Shown: in pieces, positions 1 through 12,440 of the stretch | Numbering within the stretch: the stretch's first letter is position 1 | Layout of the letters: the number at the start of each line of letters is the position of its first letter | DNA from: Chiloscyllium plagiosum | Lineage: Eukaryota | Assembly (NCBI RefSeq): GCF_004010195.1 | Contig: NC_057757.1 | Span: 5,511,657 to 5,565,706 of the forward strand | Direction of reading: 5' to 3' | DNA length: 54,050 nucleotides | The notes under the pieces: model-generated | Seen by the model: the letters and a program-made list of their open reading frames with translations, nothing else | Databases searched by the model: none | What the model was told of the DNA's origin: nothing | Position numbers and translations under genes: made by a program

Positions 1-1294
1 CCTCCCCAGGGGACCCCCCCCGTAAATAGTGATGACACACTCCTAGTTGGGAGTTCCTTCCTCCCAACTCAGATTCATTCATGTTGCAACTTGGGCCAGT
101 CGGCACTCTGTGGAGTCTCATTGCCAGGAATCTGGGAAAGTGCAGGAGCGGATATTGGATCATTGAGTCAGTCCCGAAGGCGCCTCACCCTCTTGCTGTG
201 CAATATAGTGACCTGCCCACAATACTTTTGCAAAGAGTTTTGTCTTTATTGGGGGGGGGGAAGAGATAAGAGATTTAATGCAACAAAACACATTGACTAG
301 GCTTCCCTGCATCAGGCTGCTTTCCCTCCCCAATCCACAGTGAAGTGGGTGGCTGGCTATTCGACCTGGGGAGGCAACACACCGTGCAATGTCTTCCCAC
401 ATCTGGCCTCAGTTCGAAGACAAAACTCCCTGCCTTTCTGGAGCTCTCGAGCCAGATCTTTTAAAAAAAAATTTAAAAAAAAAGAAGTGGGACTCTCTCC
501 TTCTGAAAACATCTCTCTGTAACATTCGTCACACACCCATAACTCTGTGAAATTCCCTGAAAACCTGACCTTTGCCTGCACAAAACCTGATCAAAGGTAC
601 GAAACAAAACTACATCGACTCTTAATAACACACACACACACACAAAATGTATTTCCCCTCCCCAAGTTTGTTTAACTCTCCTGATCTTACAACTCCTGGC
701 AGACTCAGGAATAGTTTTTTTTTGACAGTGTCACAGCCAGTTGCTCACCTCCTGCTCATTGTTCATTCAGTTGTCCAAGCCACCATTCCGATCAAAGTTG
801 GGGGTTTAAAAAAAACACGAATCATTTCAGACAGATGCAGTTGTGAGTTCAATTGTGCTTCCCGTTCACATTGTTCAAAAGTGAGGAGAAATCCCGAAAG
901 CTGGAGTTATTCTGAGGAGGGTGTTTATCTGCCTCTCTGGTTTGAGCAGATTGAGAGCAGGATCCCTGAAGACACAAAGTTTGCAACGAGGCAGCGTGGA
1001 ATACCTCTGCCAAGTCTCTCTCCCTCCCACTCCTAAGAGGTGTGTTTAGGAAACGATACGGGATGTATTTTGAGCATGTGACTCACTTAACCAAACATGC
1101 ATTGTCTGAGAGTCGCAGGAAATGCGTGGAAAATACAAGAGCAACCCACGGGGGGGTTTTTTTTTATTTTGATCAGACCGAGAGGTGGAGAGGGAAGGGC
1201 TGGCGTTGAGCTAAATTGGGGATTTGCAAAGAAAAACTCGCAAGGAAAGGTGATGTGGGGGAGCCGGTGTTGGACTGGGATGGACAAAGTTACA

Positions 1295-1400
1295 AAAAAA
1301 AAATCACACAACGCCAGGTTAGAGTCCAACAGGTTTATTTGGAAGCACTAGCTTTTTTTTTGGAGGGGAGGGGAGTGCACCTCCATCAAGTGGTTGTTGA
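1295..1400 (-). mobile_element. Degenerate short Penelope-type terminal repeat fragment
   Basis: cacaacgccaggttagagtccaacaggtttatttggaagcactagcttt...ccatcaagtggttg resembles a recurrent shark repeat whose hammerhead-like core is disrupted here. Confidence 0.45.
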
Positions 1401-1494
1401 TATCAGAACTGAGTCTCACCTTTTTCAATGTCTTCAGAAAGAAGTGTTGAGGAAATTGTTAGAAGCCTTGGTCACTTTATAGACTGGCACTGGA

Positions 1495-1840
1495 GGAAGG
1501 TCAGGAGTGGCTCAGTGCCAGCGTCAGGGACTTGGGTTCGATTTGCACCCCCCCGTGTCTGCGTGGGTTTCCTTTGCGTGCTCCGGTTTCCTCCTGCAGG
1601 TTATGCAGATTGGCCATGCTAAGTTGTCCCATCAGCTATGATCGAATGGCCTTACTCTCAGACAATGCACATATGGTTAAGTGAGCCACTCCTGTGTCTT
1701 ATGGCCCCTTAGTGTACAGGGATGCGCAGGTTAGGTGGATTGGCCATGCAAAATGCAGGATAATATGGATAGAGTGGGTCTGGGCGGGATGCCCTTCAGA
1801 GGATTGGCATGGGCTGAATGGCCTGCTTCCCACACTGTCG
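1495..1840 (+). mobile_element. Degenerate HE1-like V-SINE
   Basis: gtggctcagtg head, gtgtctgcgtgggtttcc and caggttaggtggattggccatgc blocks. Confidence 0.7.
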
Positions 1841-1942
1841 GCATCCTACAGAGGTTGGCACACCAGGATGATCCCAGGTATGCAGGTTGAGTAGGTTAGC
1901 AATTGGGCTCACTGGGGTTCAGAAGAACAAGAGGCAACCTTA

Positions 1943-2236
1943 TTGAAACCTACAGTTTTTAAGATTAGAGTGTTGCTGGAAAAGCACAGCAGGTCAGGCA
2001 GCATCCGAGGAGCGGGAACTACAGGCAGTCCCCTGCGTCCGGGTCTGGAAGTCGATTTGACACACAATGCAGGATATTAGAAAGGAGCCTTGAAACCTAC
2101 AGTTTTTAAGATTAGAGCGGTGCTGGAAAAGCACAACAGGTCAGGCAGCATCCGAGGAGCAGGAACTACAGGCAGTCCCCTGCGTCCAGGTCTGGAAGTC
2201 GATTTGACACACAATGCAGGATATTAGAAAGGAGCC
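1943..2236. repeat. 147-bp tandem duplication (2 copies)
   Basis: gaaacctacagtttttaagattagag...attagaaaggagcc starts at 1945 and again at 2092, with few mismatches. Confidence 0.9.
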
Positions 2237-2264
2237 ATTGGTAAGTACAAGAAATATTTGTAAG

Positions 2265-2645
2265 GTAGGCTGGAAGAACACAGTAAGCCAGGCAGCATCA
2301 GGAGGTGGCGAGATCAACGTTTCGGATATTAACCCCTTTTCAGAACTAGATGTGGGGGTAGGGGGCGCTGATAAAGGGGGCGGGGAGAGCAGCGCAATTG
2401 TGAGGCAGTGATAGGTGGACACAGGTAGTGGGTACAACCTGGTTGTTCGATGGGAGGGATGAATCCGGTTGGTAGCTGAAAGAAGGGTGGGTCGGAGGGA
2501 AGGAAGGGAGTCAGGGGATGGGTGGGATGGTTACTTGAAATTAGAGAACTCAATGTTGAATCCTCTTGGCTGTAGGCTGCCCAGGTGGAAGTTGAGGTAT
2601 TCTTCCTCTGATTTGGTCAGGTTGGCCTTTTCAGGTTTGGCCAAA
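2265..2645 (-). mobile_element. Penelope-like element 3' fragment (GIY-YIG C-terminus plus terminal repeat)
   Basis: Minus strand encodes EEEYLNFHLGSLQPRGFNIEFSNFK*, followed by a degenerate hammerhead core (ctgaaaaggggttaatatccgaaacgtt) at about 2315-2345. Confidence 0.7.
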
Positions 2646-2744
2646 CAGTCAATATTTAAGATTACACTCCCGTGATTATGTTCATAGCTTATGGGTGTTT
2701 GTTAGCTATTCATAAACTGAGGACCCTGCTCAATAATAATAATC

Positions 2745-3085
2745 TTCAGGGGCTTGAGAGGGAAGATGTGGAGAGGTTGTTTCCCCTTTGAGGGAAGGTC
2801 TAAGACCAGAGGGGCATCACCTCAGACTCAGATCTCCCAGTTAAGACAGAGATGAGGAGGAATTATTTTCTCTATCGGAGGGGAGTGAATCTGTGGAGCT
2901 CTTTCCCACAGAGGGCTGCTGAGGCTGGGTGGTTAAGTATATTCGAGGCTGAGAGAGAGATTTTTGATCAGAAAGGGGAAAAGGCAGGAGAGTGGAGTTG
3001 AGGGTTTTCAGAGTAGCCATTGAATGGTCTCATTGTATAGCAGATCAGGCTCGATGGGCCAAATGGCCTACATCTGCTACTGCCT
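2745..3085 (+). mobile_element. CR1 LINE 3' fragment
   Basis: gagatgaggaggaattattttctc...gtgaatctgtggagctct and a CR1-type 3'UTR tail. Confidence 0.7.
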
Positions 3086-3384
3086 CTCACCGTCTTCTGA
3101 ATCACATAGGTGTTAGATTGGATGGGTGCACACACAGAAAGATACAGATATTCCTCCCATGTCGGGGATGTGGGGTGGGGAAGGAGGTCTAGTAGCCCAG
3201 CAATATGAGATAGTCAGTTGGAAACACCGCCCCCTGCAGGTTGCCCTCTGTGCCACTCTCCACCCTGACATGGAAATGTACCATTCCTTCAGTGTCCTTG
3301 GATCCAAATCCTGGAATTCCCTTCCTCAGGGCAGTGTGGGTCAACCCACAACACGTGGACTGCAATTGTTCAAGAAGGATACTG

Positions 3385-3640
3385 GAAAGATATGAAAGGA
3401 TGTTGCCGGGGTTGGAGCGATAGGGAAAGGCTGAAAAGGCTGGGGCTATTTTCTCTGGAGCATCGGAGGCTGAGGGGTGACCTTTATAGTGGTTTATAAA
3501 ATCATATGGGGCATGGATAGGGTAAATAGCCAAGATCCTTTTCCCCAGGGGAGGCGAGTCCAAAATTATAGGACGTGGGTTTAATGTGAGCGGGGAAAGA
3601 TTTAAAAGGGAGTAACTTTTTCACGTAGAGGGTGGTATAT
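3385..3640 (+). mobile_element. CR1 LINE ORF2 3' fragment
   Basis: Encodes RLKRLGLFSLEHRRLRGDL-like C-terminal CR1 motif. Confidence 0.8.
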
Positions 3641-3840
3641 CCACAGCAAGGAATGATGGGAACGCAGAGCTGAGGCGGAAGATTCGCAGTGATCGTTTTG
3701 AATGTTACGGCAGCTGTGCGGGCCTTCCGTGTCTAAGCTTGTCCACTCTATCCGATTTTGTTTTCCTTTTCTTTTCTTTGTGTATTTTTTAAACTTTTTA
3801 AACTTAATCGGATGGAAATGGAGCAGGCGGAGTCCAGACC

Positions 3841-4491
3841 GGAGGCTGTCGCGGGGATGCGAGGCCCGGACTGGAGGCCGTCACGGGGATGCGAGGCCGG
3901 GACTGGAGGCCGTTGTGGGGAAGGCAAGGCCCAGACAGGAGGCCGTTGTGGGGAAGGCAAGGCCCAGACTGGAGGCCGTCACATGGGAGGCAAGGCCCAG
4001 ACTGGAGGCCATTGTGGGGAAGGCAAGGCCCGGACTGGGGGCCGTCACGTGGGAGGCAAGGCCCAGACAGGAGGCTGTCACGTGGATGCGAGGCCCGGAC
4101 TGGAGGCCGTTGTGGGGAAGGCGAGGCCCGGACTGGAGGCCGTCACATGGGAGGCAAGGCCCAGACTGGAGGCCATTGTGGGGAAGGCAAGGCCCGGACT
4201 GGGGGCCGTCACGTGGGAGGCAAGGCCCAGACAGGAGGCTGTCACGGGGATGCGAGGCCCGGACTGGAGGCCGTTGTGGGGAAGGCGAGGCCCGGACTGG
4301 AGGCCGTCGCGTGGGAGGCAAGGCCCAGACTGGAGGCCGTCGCATGGGAGGCAAGGCCCAGACAGGAGGCCGTTATGGGGAAGGCAAGGCCCGGACTGGA
4401 GGTCGTCGCATGGGAGGCGAGACCCGGACTGGAGGCCGTTGTGGGGAAGGCGAGGCCCGGACTGGAGACTGTCGAGTGGGAGGCAAGGCCC
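3841..4491. repeat. GC-rich minisatellite, about 20 units of 32/33 bp
   Basis: Units ggaggcc-(variable)-ggcaaggcccagact counted by eye; three recurring unit types. Confidence 0.95.
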
Positions 4492-4524
4492 TTTGCAGGT
4501 TGGAAGCAAGACCTCGAGTTTTGA

Positions 4525-4835
4525 AGCTCGGTGTGGTCCGGAGGCTTGGCCTGGAAGCTTGGCCCGGTGCGGTCTGGACGCTTAGCCCTGTGTGGTCTGG
4601 AGGATCGTCCTTGTGCGGCTCAGAGGCATGGCCCGGTGCAGTCTGGACGCTCGGCCCAGTGCAGTCTGGACGCTCAACCCGGTGCAGTCTGGAGGCTCGG
4701 CCTGGTGTGGCCCAGACACTCGGCCCGGTATGGCCCGGACACTTGGCCCTGTGTGGCCCAGAGGCTCGGCCCGGTGCAGCCTGGATGACCAGCCCGGTGT
4801 GGTCTGGATGTCCAGCCTGATGCAGTCCGGAGGCT
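4525..4835. repeat. Second degenerate minisatellite, 22-23 bp unit
   Basis: Repeated ggcccggtgcagtctggacgctc variants. Confidence 0.85.
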
Positions 4836-5364
4836 CAGTGCTGGCAGGGACTGGGGTGGAAGCACTGTAAAGAGAATACTTTTTAAAAAAATTTTTCTTT
4901 TTATTCTTACGCTGGATTTCTTTTTATTATCTATTTTATACCAAATACTTAAGCATTTGTACCGAGGTATCTTGTACCTAAGGTAGCGCTGTTGGTGATA
5001 ACATTGCAAATGTTTCACTGCTCTGCACGTGGAATTGAAGCTGAAGGGGGCTGAATGGCCTTCTAATGCCCTGTGCTCCTGTAAGGAATGAGGGATCTTT
5101 CAACTGAAACTTTGCTTCATCATCAAACACTTGGTGTCGCTCATTAAAAGAGATTAAAATATCACTGGCGGATTGTCGAAGGGAGTTGCTTATCGCTGGC
5201 GGAGGTTATGGTGCTGAGTTAAAATGGACGTAATACCACAACAATGTTTCATTATGTAATGACGGAGCATTTCCAAATATGATGTCTTTCCCAATAGAGA
5301 GCAAAGGAATTTTTTGAGGAGAGCAGATTTGTGCTAAACATCGGCCTGCTGCCTCTACCCTTGT

Positions 5365-5950
5365 CACATAAGAAGTGGGAGCAGGAGGAAGCCATTTGGC
5401 CCATCGAGCCTGCCCTGCCATTCAATAAGATCATGGCGGATCTTTTTCTTGGACTCAGCTCCACTTACCCCTCCCCCCCCACTTACCCCGCCCACCCTAA
5501 CCCCTAATTCCTTTACTGTTCCAAAATCTTTTCACTGTACTCCTGTCCTTTTGTAACTCAAGTGCACGTGACAATAAACCTAATTCTAAAACATTCTAAT
5601 TCCAAAAACATTCAACAATTTAGCCTCAACTGCTTCCACAGATTCACAGCCCTTTGGGTGAAGAAGTTTCTCCTCAGCTCAGTCCTAAATCTGGCCCCGC
5701 CCCCTTAATTTGAGGCTATGCCCCTTCGTTCTCGTTTCACCCGCCAGTGGAAACAACCTCCCTGCTTCTAGCTTATCTGTTCCCTTCAGCGTTTTACATG
5801 TTTTGAAGGATCTCCCCACTTCATTCTTCCGAATTACAATGAGTGTAGTCCTGGTCTCCTCATAAGCAACCCTCTCAACTCCGGAAGCAACCCAGCGAAC
5901 CTCCTCTGCACCTCCCCACCCTCCTCAGTGCCAGTACGCCCTTTCTCAAG
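5365..5950 (-). mobile_element. CR1 LINE 3' fragment, interrupted at about 5530-5602 by a short retroelement tail
   Basis: Reverse-strand CR1 tail (aggaagccatttggcccatcgagcctgc...); inserted ttcactgtac...gtgacaataaacctaattc. Confidence 0.7.
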
Positions 5951-6774
5951 TGCCCAGCTCATCTGCTGATGAGACCCTTGTACAATACTTCTCCCAGCTT
6001 CTGACCATCATCTTCTTGAGTTTCAGCCTGTGTTCTGGGTACCGTATTGTCATTGCCGGTCAGAAAATGCCAGCGTTCCCTTTGCAACAGCACAGCGGGT
6101 GTCCCTACCTTCCAGGGACTGCAGTGTTACAGGGAGGTGGCTCACCTCCTCCAGGGTTACCACGGATGGGGCAATAAATGTTGGCATTACTCACATCCTA
6201 CGGAGGAGTGATGAAAAGGAACGTGAGTTTTGAACGCCCCCATTTTGAAAGTGCTTTACCTGTTTGCCCTGCTCCTCCAGTCGCTGACATCCTGTGAAGG
6301 GACACCACAGGAGAGGAGCTAAAGCAAAGCTGCTCAGGAAAATGCATGGCTAAGGAGATAGACAAGGAAAGTGAAATAGATTGAGGTTCTTCTATGAAAC
6401 AGGCGCAGTAACTTACCCTAGCTCAGGGTCCCACAGGCGAACGAAGAGCAGGTCCCGGGCTGACCTCCCACCAGGCCCGGACTCGCAGGCTAGGCCGAGG
6501 CTCCAGGTCCGCAGCTAGGCCTGGGTACCTGAGGGAGTAACAGTGTCAGAGAGAAGCGTGGACTGGCAGACTGGTGGTAGCATCTGGAGGAGTGTTGGAC
6601 AGGGAACAGGAACTACAGAGCTCACCCATCCCAGGCCCGTGGCTCCAGCTCCAATGTGGAGGCCGCAGGAGTGACAGAGGTCCATGACCAAGGCCCCAAA
6701 GCACGTGACCAACGTCAAGCAGTGATTGAAGGAACAGCAGAGGAGAGAAGAGCAACAGGACATGGGTTAGGCCA

Positions 6775-7175
6775 GTTTTGGAATACTATTCAGTTCTGGT
6801 CTCCCTGCTATCCGAAGGATGTTGTGAAACTTGAAGGGTTCAGAAAAGATTGACAAGGATTTTGCCAGGGTTGGATGGTTTGAGCTGCAGGGAAAGGCTG
6901 AATAGGCTGGGGCTGTTTTTCCTGGGGCATCAGAGGCTGAGGGATGACCTTTATAGACGTTTATAAAATCATGAGGGGCATGGATAGGGTTGGACCGAAG
7001 GGTCTGTTTCCATGCTGTACATCTCTATGACTCTATGAGAGGGAAATGATTGAAAAAAGAACTAAGGGGCAACATTTTCATGCAGAGGGTGGTGTGTGTA
7101 TGGAATGAGCTGACAGAGGAAGTGGTGGAGGCTGGTACAATACAACATTGAAAAGGAATCTGAATGGGTACGTGA
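6775..7175 (+). mobile_element. CR1 LINE ORF2 3' fragments
   Basis: IQFWSPCYPKDVVKLE and RLNRLGLF-like motifs. Confidence 0.8.
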
Positions 7176-7177
7176 AG

Positions 7178-7380
7178 AATCTTTAAGCTCTCAACCACCT
7201 CCATCTCAGCACAATTGATCCAGACAGGAGTGTATCCTCCAGTCCGCTTCCTGACGTTGATGACCAGCTCCTTCATTTTGCCGATATAGAGGGAGAGATT
7301 ACTGTCTTAACACCATGCCAACTCAGCTGGCTATCTCTTTCCTGTCTTGTCATTGTTTGAGATCTGGTTACCAGTGCTGA
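7178..7380 (-). mobile_element. Rex1/L2-like LINE reverse transcriptase fragment
   Basis: KELVINVRKRTGGYTPVWINCAEMEVVESLKIL resembles the KTKELI.DFRK....P..ING..VE.V..FK.LG motif. Confidence 0.6.
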
Positions 7381-8255
7381 TGGCAGTAATTAATGGCTGA
7401 ACCCGAACAACACATTTTGCCCGCATGGGGAAAATATAATGGGGGAACATCATACTTGAGATAATAATTTACTACTCCTACTAGCTTGAAGATGAATCTC
7501 AAATTTTATGTTACTTTCCTTCTGGGAAGGGTCTTCATCTTGTACTCCCTCTCCAAACATCCATCAATGTTGCTGGGGGCTTTAATGTCAACTCTTGGAA
7601 TTGGCACAGGAGAGGGGTCATGCTGTGGGTGGCACGGGTTGGCAATAAATTAATTCTGAACCTCTGAATGGGGGTCAGGGTGCTTGGGGCTTTGGAACAA
7701 AGGTTGCAATTTGGATCGTGGGTTATTGGCAAAACTAATTCCGATTGCTGGAACGGGTGTGGGAAAATGAGGAGGTGGGTGGAAGAGAAATGGGGAGATG
7801 ATGGAGGGGGGCACATGGGAGTAAGGTGTAANNNNNNNNNNNNNNNNNNGGGGGGGGGCACATGGGAGTGAGGTGTAGTGGGCACTGGGGGGGGGCAGTG
7901 CACATGAGAAAAAAGGTTTAGAAAGTACCGACCTAAGAATACATAGCGTGATGAGTGGTGCAGGAGTTGGTGGCTGATGGGCATTGCTAACACTATAGAG
8001 TTGGGAATAGAATGTTACAGTAGAGGTAGGAGCATAAAGATAAGTTTGGGAAGCTCAGAAAAAGTTTGGGGGGGCGGGTGTGGTTTGGAGGAAGGGGCTG
8101 CTGCAGTGAGTTGTTGGAAATGGTAAACTTTAGTGGTCGTGGGTACTGAAGGAAGGATGTGTGCCCAGTGGGCGAGATGCACTTCCTGTCTATCTGTGTT
8201 TGGAGGGGAGATTACAGGGAGTGGGGGGAGTTATTGTTGGCGATGGCCAACTTTG

Positions 8256-8767
8256 NNNNNNNNNNNNNNNNNNNNNNNNNNNNNNNNNNNNNNNNNNNNN
8301 NNNNNNNNNNNNNNNNNNNNNNNNNNNNNNNNNNNNNNNNNNNNNNNNNNNNNNNNNNNNNNNNNNNNNNNNNNNNNNNNNNNNNNNNNNNNNNNNNNNN
8401 NNNNNNNNNNNNNNNNNNNNNNNNNNNNNNNNNNNNNNNNNNNNNNNNNNNNNNNNNNNNNNNNNNNNNNNNNNNNNNNNNNNNNNNNNNNNNNNNNNNN
8501 NNNNNNNNNNNNNNNNNNNNNNNNNNNNNNNNNNNNNNNNNNNNNNNNNNNNNNNNNNNNNNNNNNNNNNNNNNNNNNNNNNNNNNNNNNNNNNNNNNNN
8601 NNNNNNNNNNNNNNNNNNNNNNNNNNNNNNNNNNNNNNNNNNNNNNNNNNNNNNNNNNNNNNNNNNNNNNNNNNNNNNNNNNNNNNNNNNNNNNNNNNNN
8701 NNNNNNNNNNNNNNNNNNNNNNNNNNNNNNNNNNNNNNNNNNNNNNNNNNNNNNNNNNNNNNNNNNN
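8256..8767. other. Assembly gap (512 N)
   Basis: Run of N. Smaller gaps at 7832-7849 and 16568-16577. Confidence 1.
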
Positions 8768-8799
8768 CCTGAGAATGATAACTTCTCATCCGAATGATA

Positions 8800-9258
8800 G
8801 CATAGAACATAGAAACGTACAGCACAGAACAGGCCCTTTGGCCCATGATGTTGTGCTGAGATTTAATCCTAATGTTAAATATGGTATCTTAACCTACACA
8901 CCCCCCTCAACTCACTGCTATCCATGTGCGTGTCCAGCAGTCGCTTAAATGTCCCTAATGACTCTGCTTCCACCACCACCACTGGCAACGCATTCCATGC
9001 ATTCACAACTCTCTGCGTAAAGAACTTACTTTTGATGTCTCCTCTATACCTTTCTGCTAATATCTTAAAACTATGACCTCCCATACCAGTCAATCTTGCC
9101 CTGGGGAAAAGTCTGACTATTGACTCTATCTATTCCTCTCATTAGTTTGTACACCTCAATCAGGTCTCCTCTCTCCCTCCTCTTCTCCAGAGAGAAAGTC
9201 CGAGCCTAGTCAACCTTTCTTCATAAGGCAAGCCCTCCAGTCCAGGCAGCATCTCTGA
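8800..9258 (-). mobile_element. CR1 LINE 3' end
   Basis: FFTQRVVNAWNALP motif; catagaa microsatellite tail. Confidence 0.85.
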
Positions 9259-10044
9259 AACTACAACACTCCTGTTCTTGGAACGTCCACCTGGTGTTTG
9301 CACTTGAGTCTCTGGGACCCACAACCTCCGGCTCGGAGCTCAGTTGAAAGTACAGTTGATCCCAAATCTTTGCTGATACTGCACACTGTAGCGGTAGCAG
9401 GTCCCAGGGACCCTCGGTGCTGCAGAAGGCTCTCTTCCAAAGGGTCACACTTTGTTTACGGGACTGAAGTGTGTGCCAATGGGCTGTTCCACCTCAAAAG
9501 GCATCATAGCCCATTCTTACAGATGCCCATGCTCAGTTGATCTCCAGTGATGACAGGGACGAGTGTGTGTTGCTGGAAAAGCACAGCAAGGCAGGTCACA
9601 TCTGAGGAGCAAGAGAATCGGCATTTCGGTCATGATAATCCGGTGACAGGGAACCAGTACTAGTGGTTAATGGATTTTTTTGGCCAGCCTGGAGTGGGGT
9701 TCTCCGGGGGTTTTAGTGGGGATCCTTGCTCCTCCTTTGATGAGTGTTACTGATAGGTGCACAGGGTGCAATTTGAGTATTTGCTTAAGTTGTAGAGCTT
9801 TTAAGAACTGTGAGGAAGCTGGCACAGAGCTTCAAAAGGACATGGACAGGAGTGGCCAGAAAAGTGGCAAGTGAAATTCAGCTGTTAAGAGACATCAGTT
9901 TGGAAGGTGCTGTTGGAGGAAGTTCAGTGAGTTAATAGTACTCACTGCTGCCATTGAACATCAGAAATGGCGGGAATGGATGGATGAGATGCTGAACGAG
10001 CGGGATGCTTTGCCCTTGATGGTGTTGAGCATCTTGAGTGTTGT

Positions 10045-10725
10045 TGAATCTGTACCAATGCTGCCTGCGCAAGGTCCTGCAAGCCTGCTGGGAAGAAGGA
10101 TGTGGCAACACCAGTGTCCTCAACCAGACCAACATACTCAGCATTGAGGCGAAAGTGAGGACTGCACATGCTGGAGATCATCGTCAAGGTTGTAGTGGTG
10201 CTGGAAAAGCACCATTCATTCGTTCCTGATGAAGGGCTTTTGCCCGAAATGTCGATTCTTCTGCTCCTTGGGTGCTGCCTGACCTGCTGTGATTTTCCAG
10301 CACCAGTCTAACCCATCCTCAGCATTGAGGCAGGGCTCTGACTGCCTTCAGTTGGCTACGAAGGCCTGGGCACGTCGTCCATGTGACCAACCCAAGACTC
10401 CCGGCTTCGAAATGGCAGGCGGGCCCCACTGAAGGAAGCGCTTCAGTGATACACTCAAGGCCTCGCTGGCAAAGTGCGGCATTCCTGCAAGCATCTGGGA
10501 ATCACTGGCCCAAGACCGTCCAAAGTGGTAGAGCAGAATCCAGGAAGGTGTCGAGCACTTGCTGATGGGGCAAAACATGGAAGCCAGGCGGGAACAGCAA
10601 GTGGAGCATGCTGCCACACCCACCCCTACCGTGACCACCATCCGCCCCAAGTATAACAGAGCATGCGGTAGCCACGTTGATCAATACAGCCACCTACAGA
10701 CTCAACTGGAAGGTGGAAGAGTCAT
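10045..10725 (+). mobile_element. RTE-clade LINE 3' fragment, interrupted at about 10151-10305
   Basis: CLRKVLQACW...NTSVLNQTNILSIEA and RKRFSDTLKASLAKCGIPASIWESLAQDRPKW, typical RTE C-terminus. Confidence 0.75.
10151..10305. mobile_element. Short Penelope-derived inverted-repeat insertion with hammerhead-like core
   Basis: gaaagtgaggactgcacatgctggag end; ctgatgaagggcttttgcccgaaatgtc at 10226-10253; ctcagcattgaggc duplicated at 10137 and 10318. Confidence 0.75.
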
Positions 10726-10782
10726 CCTCTCTTTTTTTTTGGTGAGGGATCACCGATCAATGAATGACTCAGCTGTACAAGT

Positions 10783-11082
10783 GGGCGGCACGGTGGCTTG
10801 GTGGTTAGCACTGTTGCCTCACAGCGCCAGGGTCCCAGGATCGATTCCTGCCTCGGACAACTGTCTGCGTGGAGTTTGCACATTCTCCCCGTGTATGCGT
10901 GGTTTTCCTCCCACAATCCAAAGATGTGCAAATCAGGTGAATTGGCCGTGCTAAATTGGCCACAGTATTAGATGCATTAGTCAGAAGGAAATGGGTCTGG
11001 GTGAGTTACTCTTCGGAGGGTCGGTGTGGACTGGTTGGGCCGAAGGGCCTGTTTCCACTCTAGGGAATCTATTCTAATCTAA
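10783..11082 (+). mobile_element. HE1-type tRNA-derived V-SINE, full length
   Basis: gggcggcacggtggc A box, tcgattcc B box, ggagtttgcacattctccccgtg core, aatct tail. Confidence 0.9.
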
Positions 11083-12440
11083 TCATACACCTGACTTGTA
11101 TCTTGGAGATAGTTCACAGCTTTTGGGTGTCAGGAAGTGAGTCCCTCTTAACAGTAGACCCATGGCCTGTGTCTCAGTTCTGTAGTACTCAGGAGTGTCA
11201 GTGTGCTGTAGCACTGCACCAACTCTGTTACAGAGCACCACTTCTAAATGGATATGGTCTCGGGTATAGGTTAGTGTTAACCTGTACATCTGAAGGCTGC
11301 TGATTTTGAGAAGTTGTTGAGACTGAAAGCATTAGGTATTCAATCAGGCATGGAACTTGCACGGTTCTTGAGCTTCAGTTCACTGAGCCAGTGGAAAGAT
11401 TATTCTATCCTTGAGTAATCCTTCTTCCTCTGTAATTTGCCTGCACTGATGTGACTCCCTATCTCAGAGTGCAATAGGTAGTCATTGATGGTTGCTGCTT
11501 GCTGTGTGCATAAGGCTGTCGACTGATTTGGGGGAAAGTGTTTGCATGTTTCCCATTTGCTCTCCATCTGGGGAAAAAGCCCTGGCTTCTGTTTGACACC
11601 TCTTCTGCACAGGTCAGGTGATCAATCTCAAAAGTCCTTGGGAACTGTGGGAGTGTCGCCACCCTGGCTTGGTTTGGCCTGTACCAGTGTTAATTCAGCT
11701 CCACACCACCTCAACCCAGTTTGTGTATATCCGCACTCCTTCCCGCTCCTCCAGCCCTGACTATTCCCTGATCAGGTGCACTGACAGCAAAAATAGAATA
11801 TCTGTTCAATATGGTTCCTTTTGTTCTATTTTGAGGGCTGCAGTTTCCAGCGCAGACGTGGGCCATTGGGCCCATCTGCTCTGTGCTGGTGGTTATATTG
11901 CGCCTGAGCTGCCTCCCCTCTTCCCCAACCCTTTCATTTCTCCCTGTCAGCATATCCTCCTTTTCTGCTGCATACATTCATCTGGCTCCTCCCTAGAGGA
12001 ATCTGTGTCGCACCTCAGCAACTGCTCATGATACCACTTTCCACACTTTAATGCCGAGAGCAAGAGTTGGCGGAGGAAATTTGAACAGGTTCGGTGGCAT
12101 CTGTGGAGAGAAGCAGAGTTTGCATTTCTGATTGATGTCCTTCCAGTTTTGCTGTGATGACAGGTCATCAACTTAAAAAGTAGACTCTATTTCTCTGTCT
12201 GGATTGAGATTTTCCAGCAATTTCTAAAAAATCCTATTTCAGACTCCAGGCATCCACGGTATTTTTCTTTTAGAATAGCGTCTGCACTTTGTAAGGTAAT
12301 CTTCTTAGTCCAAATCTCTTCTGGTTACTAAAGCCTTTACAGAGCTGTACAGCAGCAGAATGCCTTTTTGAATTTACTTCCCACATGTTTCCGCTAGCGT
12401 TATTGTATTTAATGTTCATTGCTGCAGTATACGTGTCCTA

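Noticed and set aside
1..523. LTR end (finishes tgtaaca)
   Set aside because: The other end is outside the window and there is no second copy to confirm it.
3841..4491. CRISPR-like array (constant part plus variable part)
   Set aside because: The variable parts are short and fall into three recurring types, there are no cas genes, and the context is vertebrate. It is a minisatellite.
3702..4820. Long ORFs of 372, 275 and 211 aa
   Set aside because: They arise from the stop-poor repeat, are open in several frames and both strands, and show no domain or splice support.
8133..8948. ORFs spanning N runs (also 33864-34652)
   Set aside because: Artefacts of assembly gaps.
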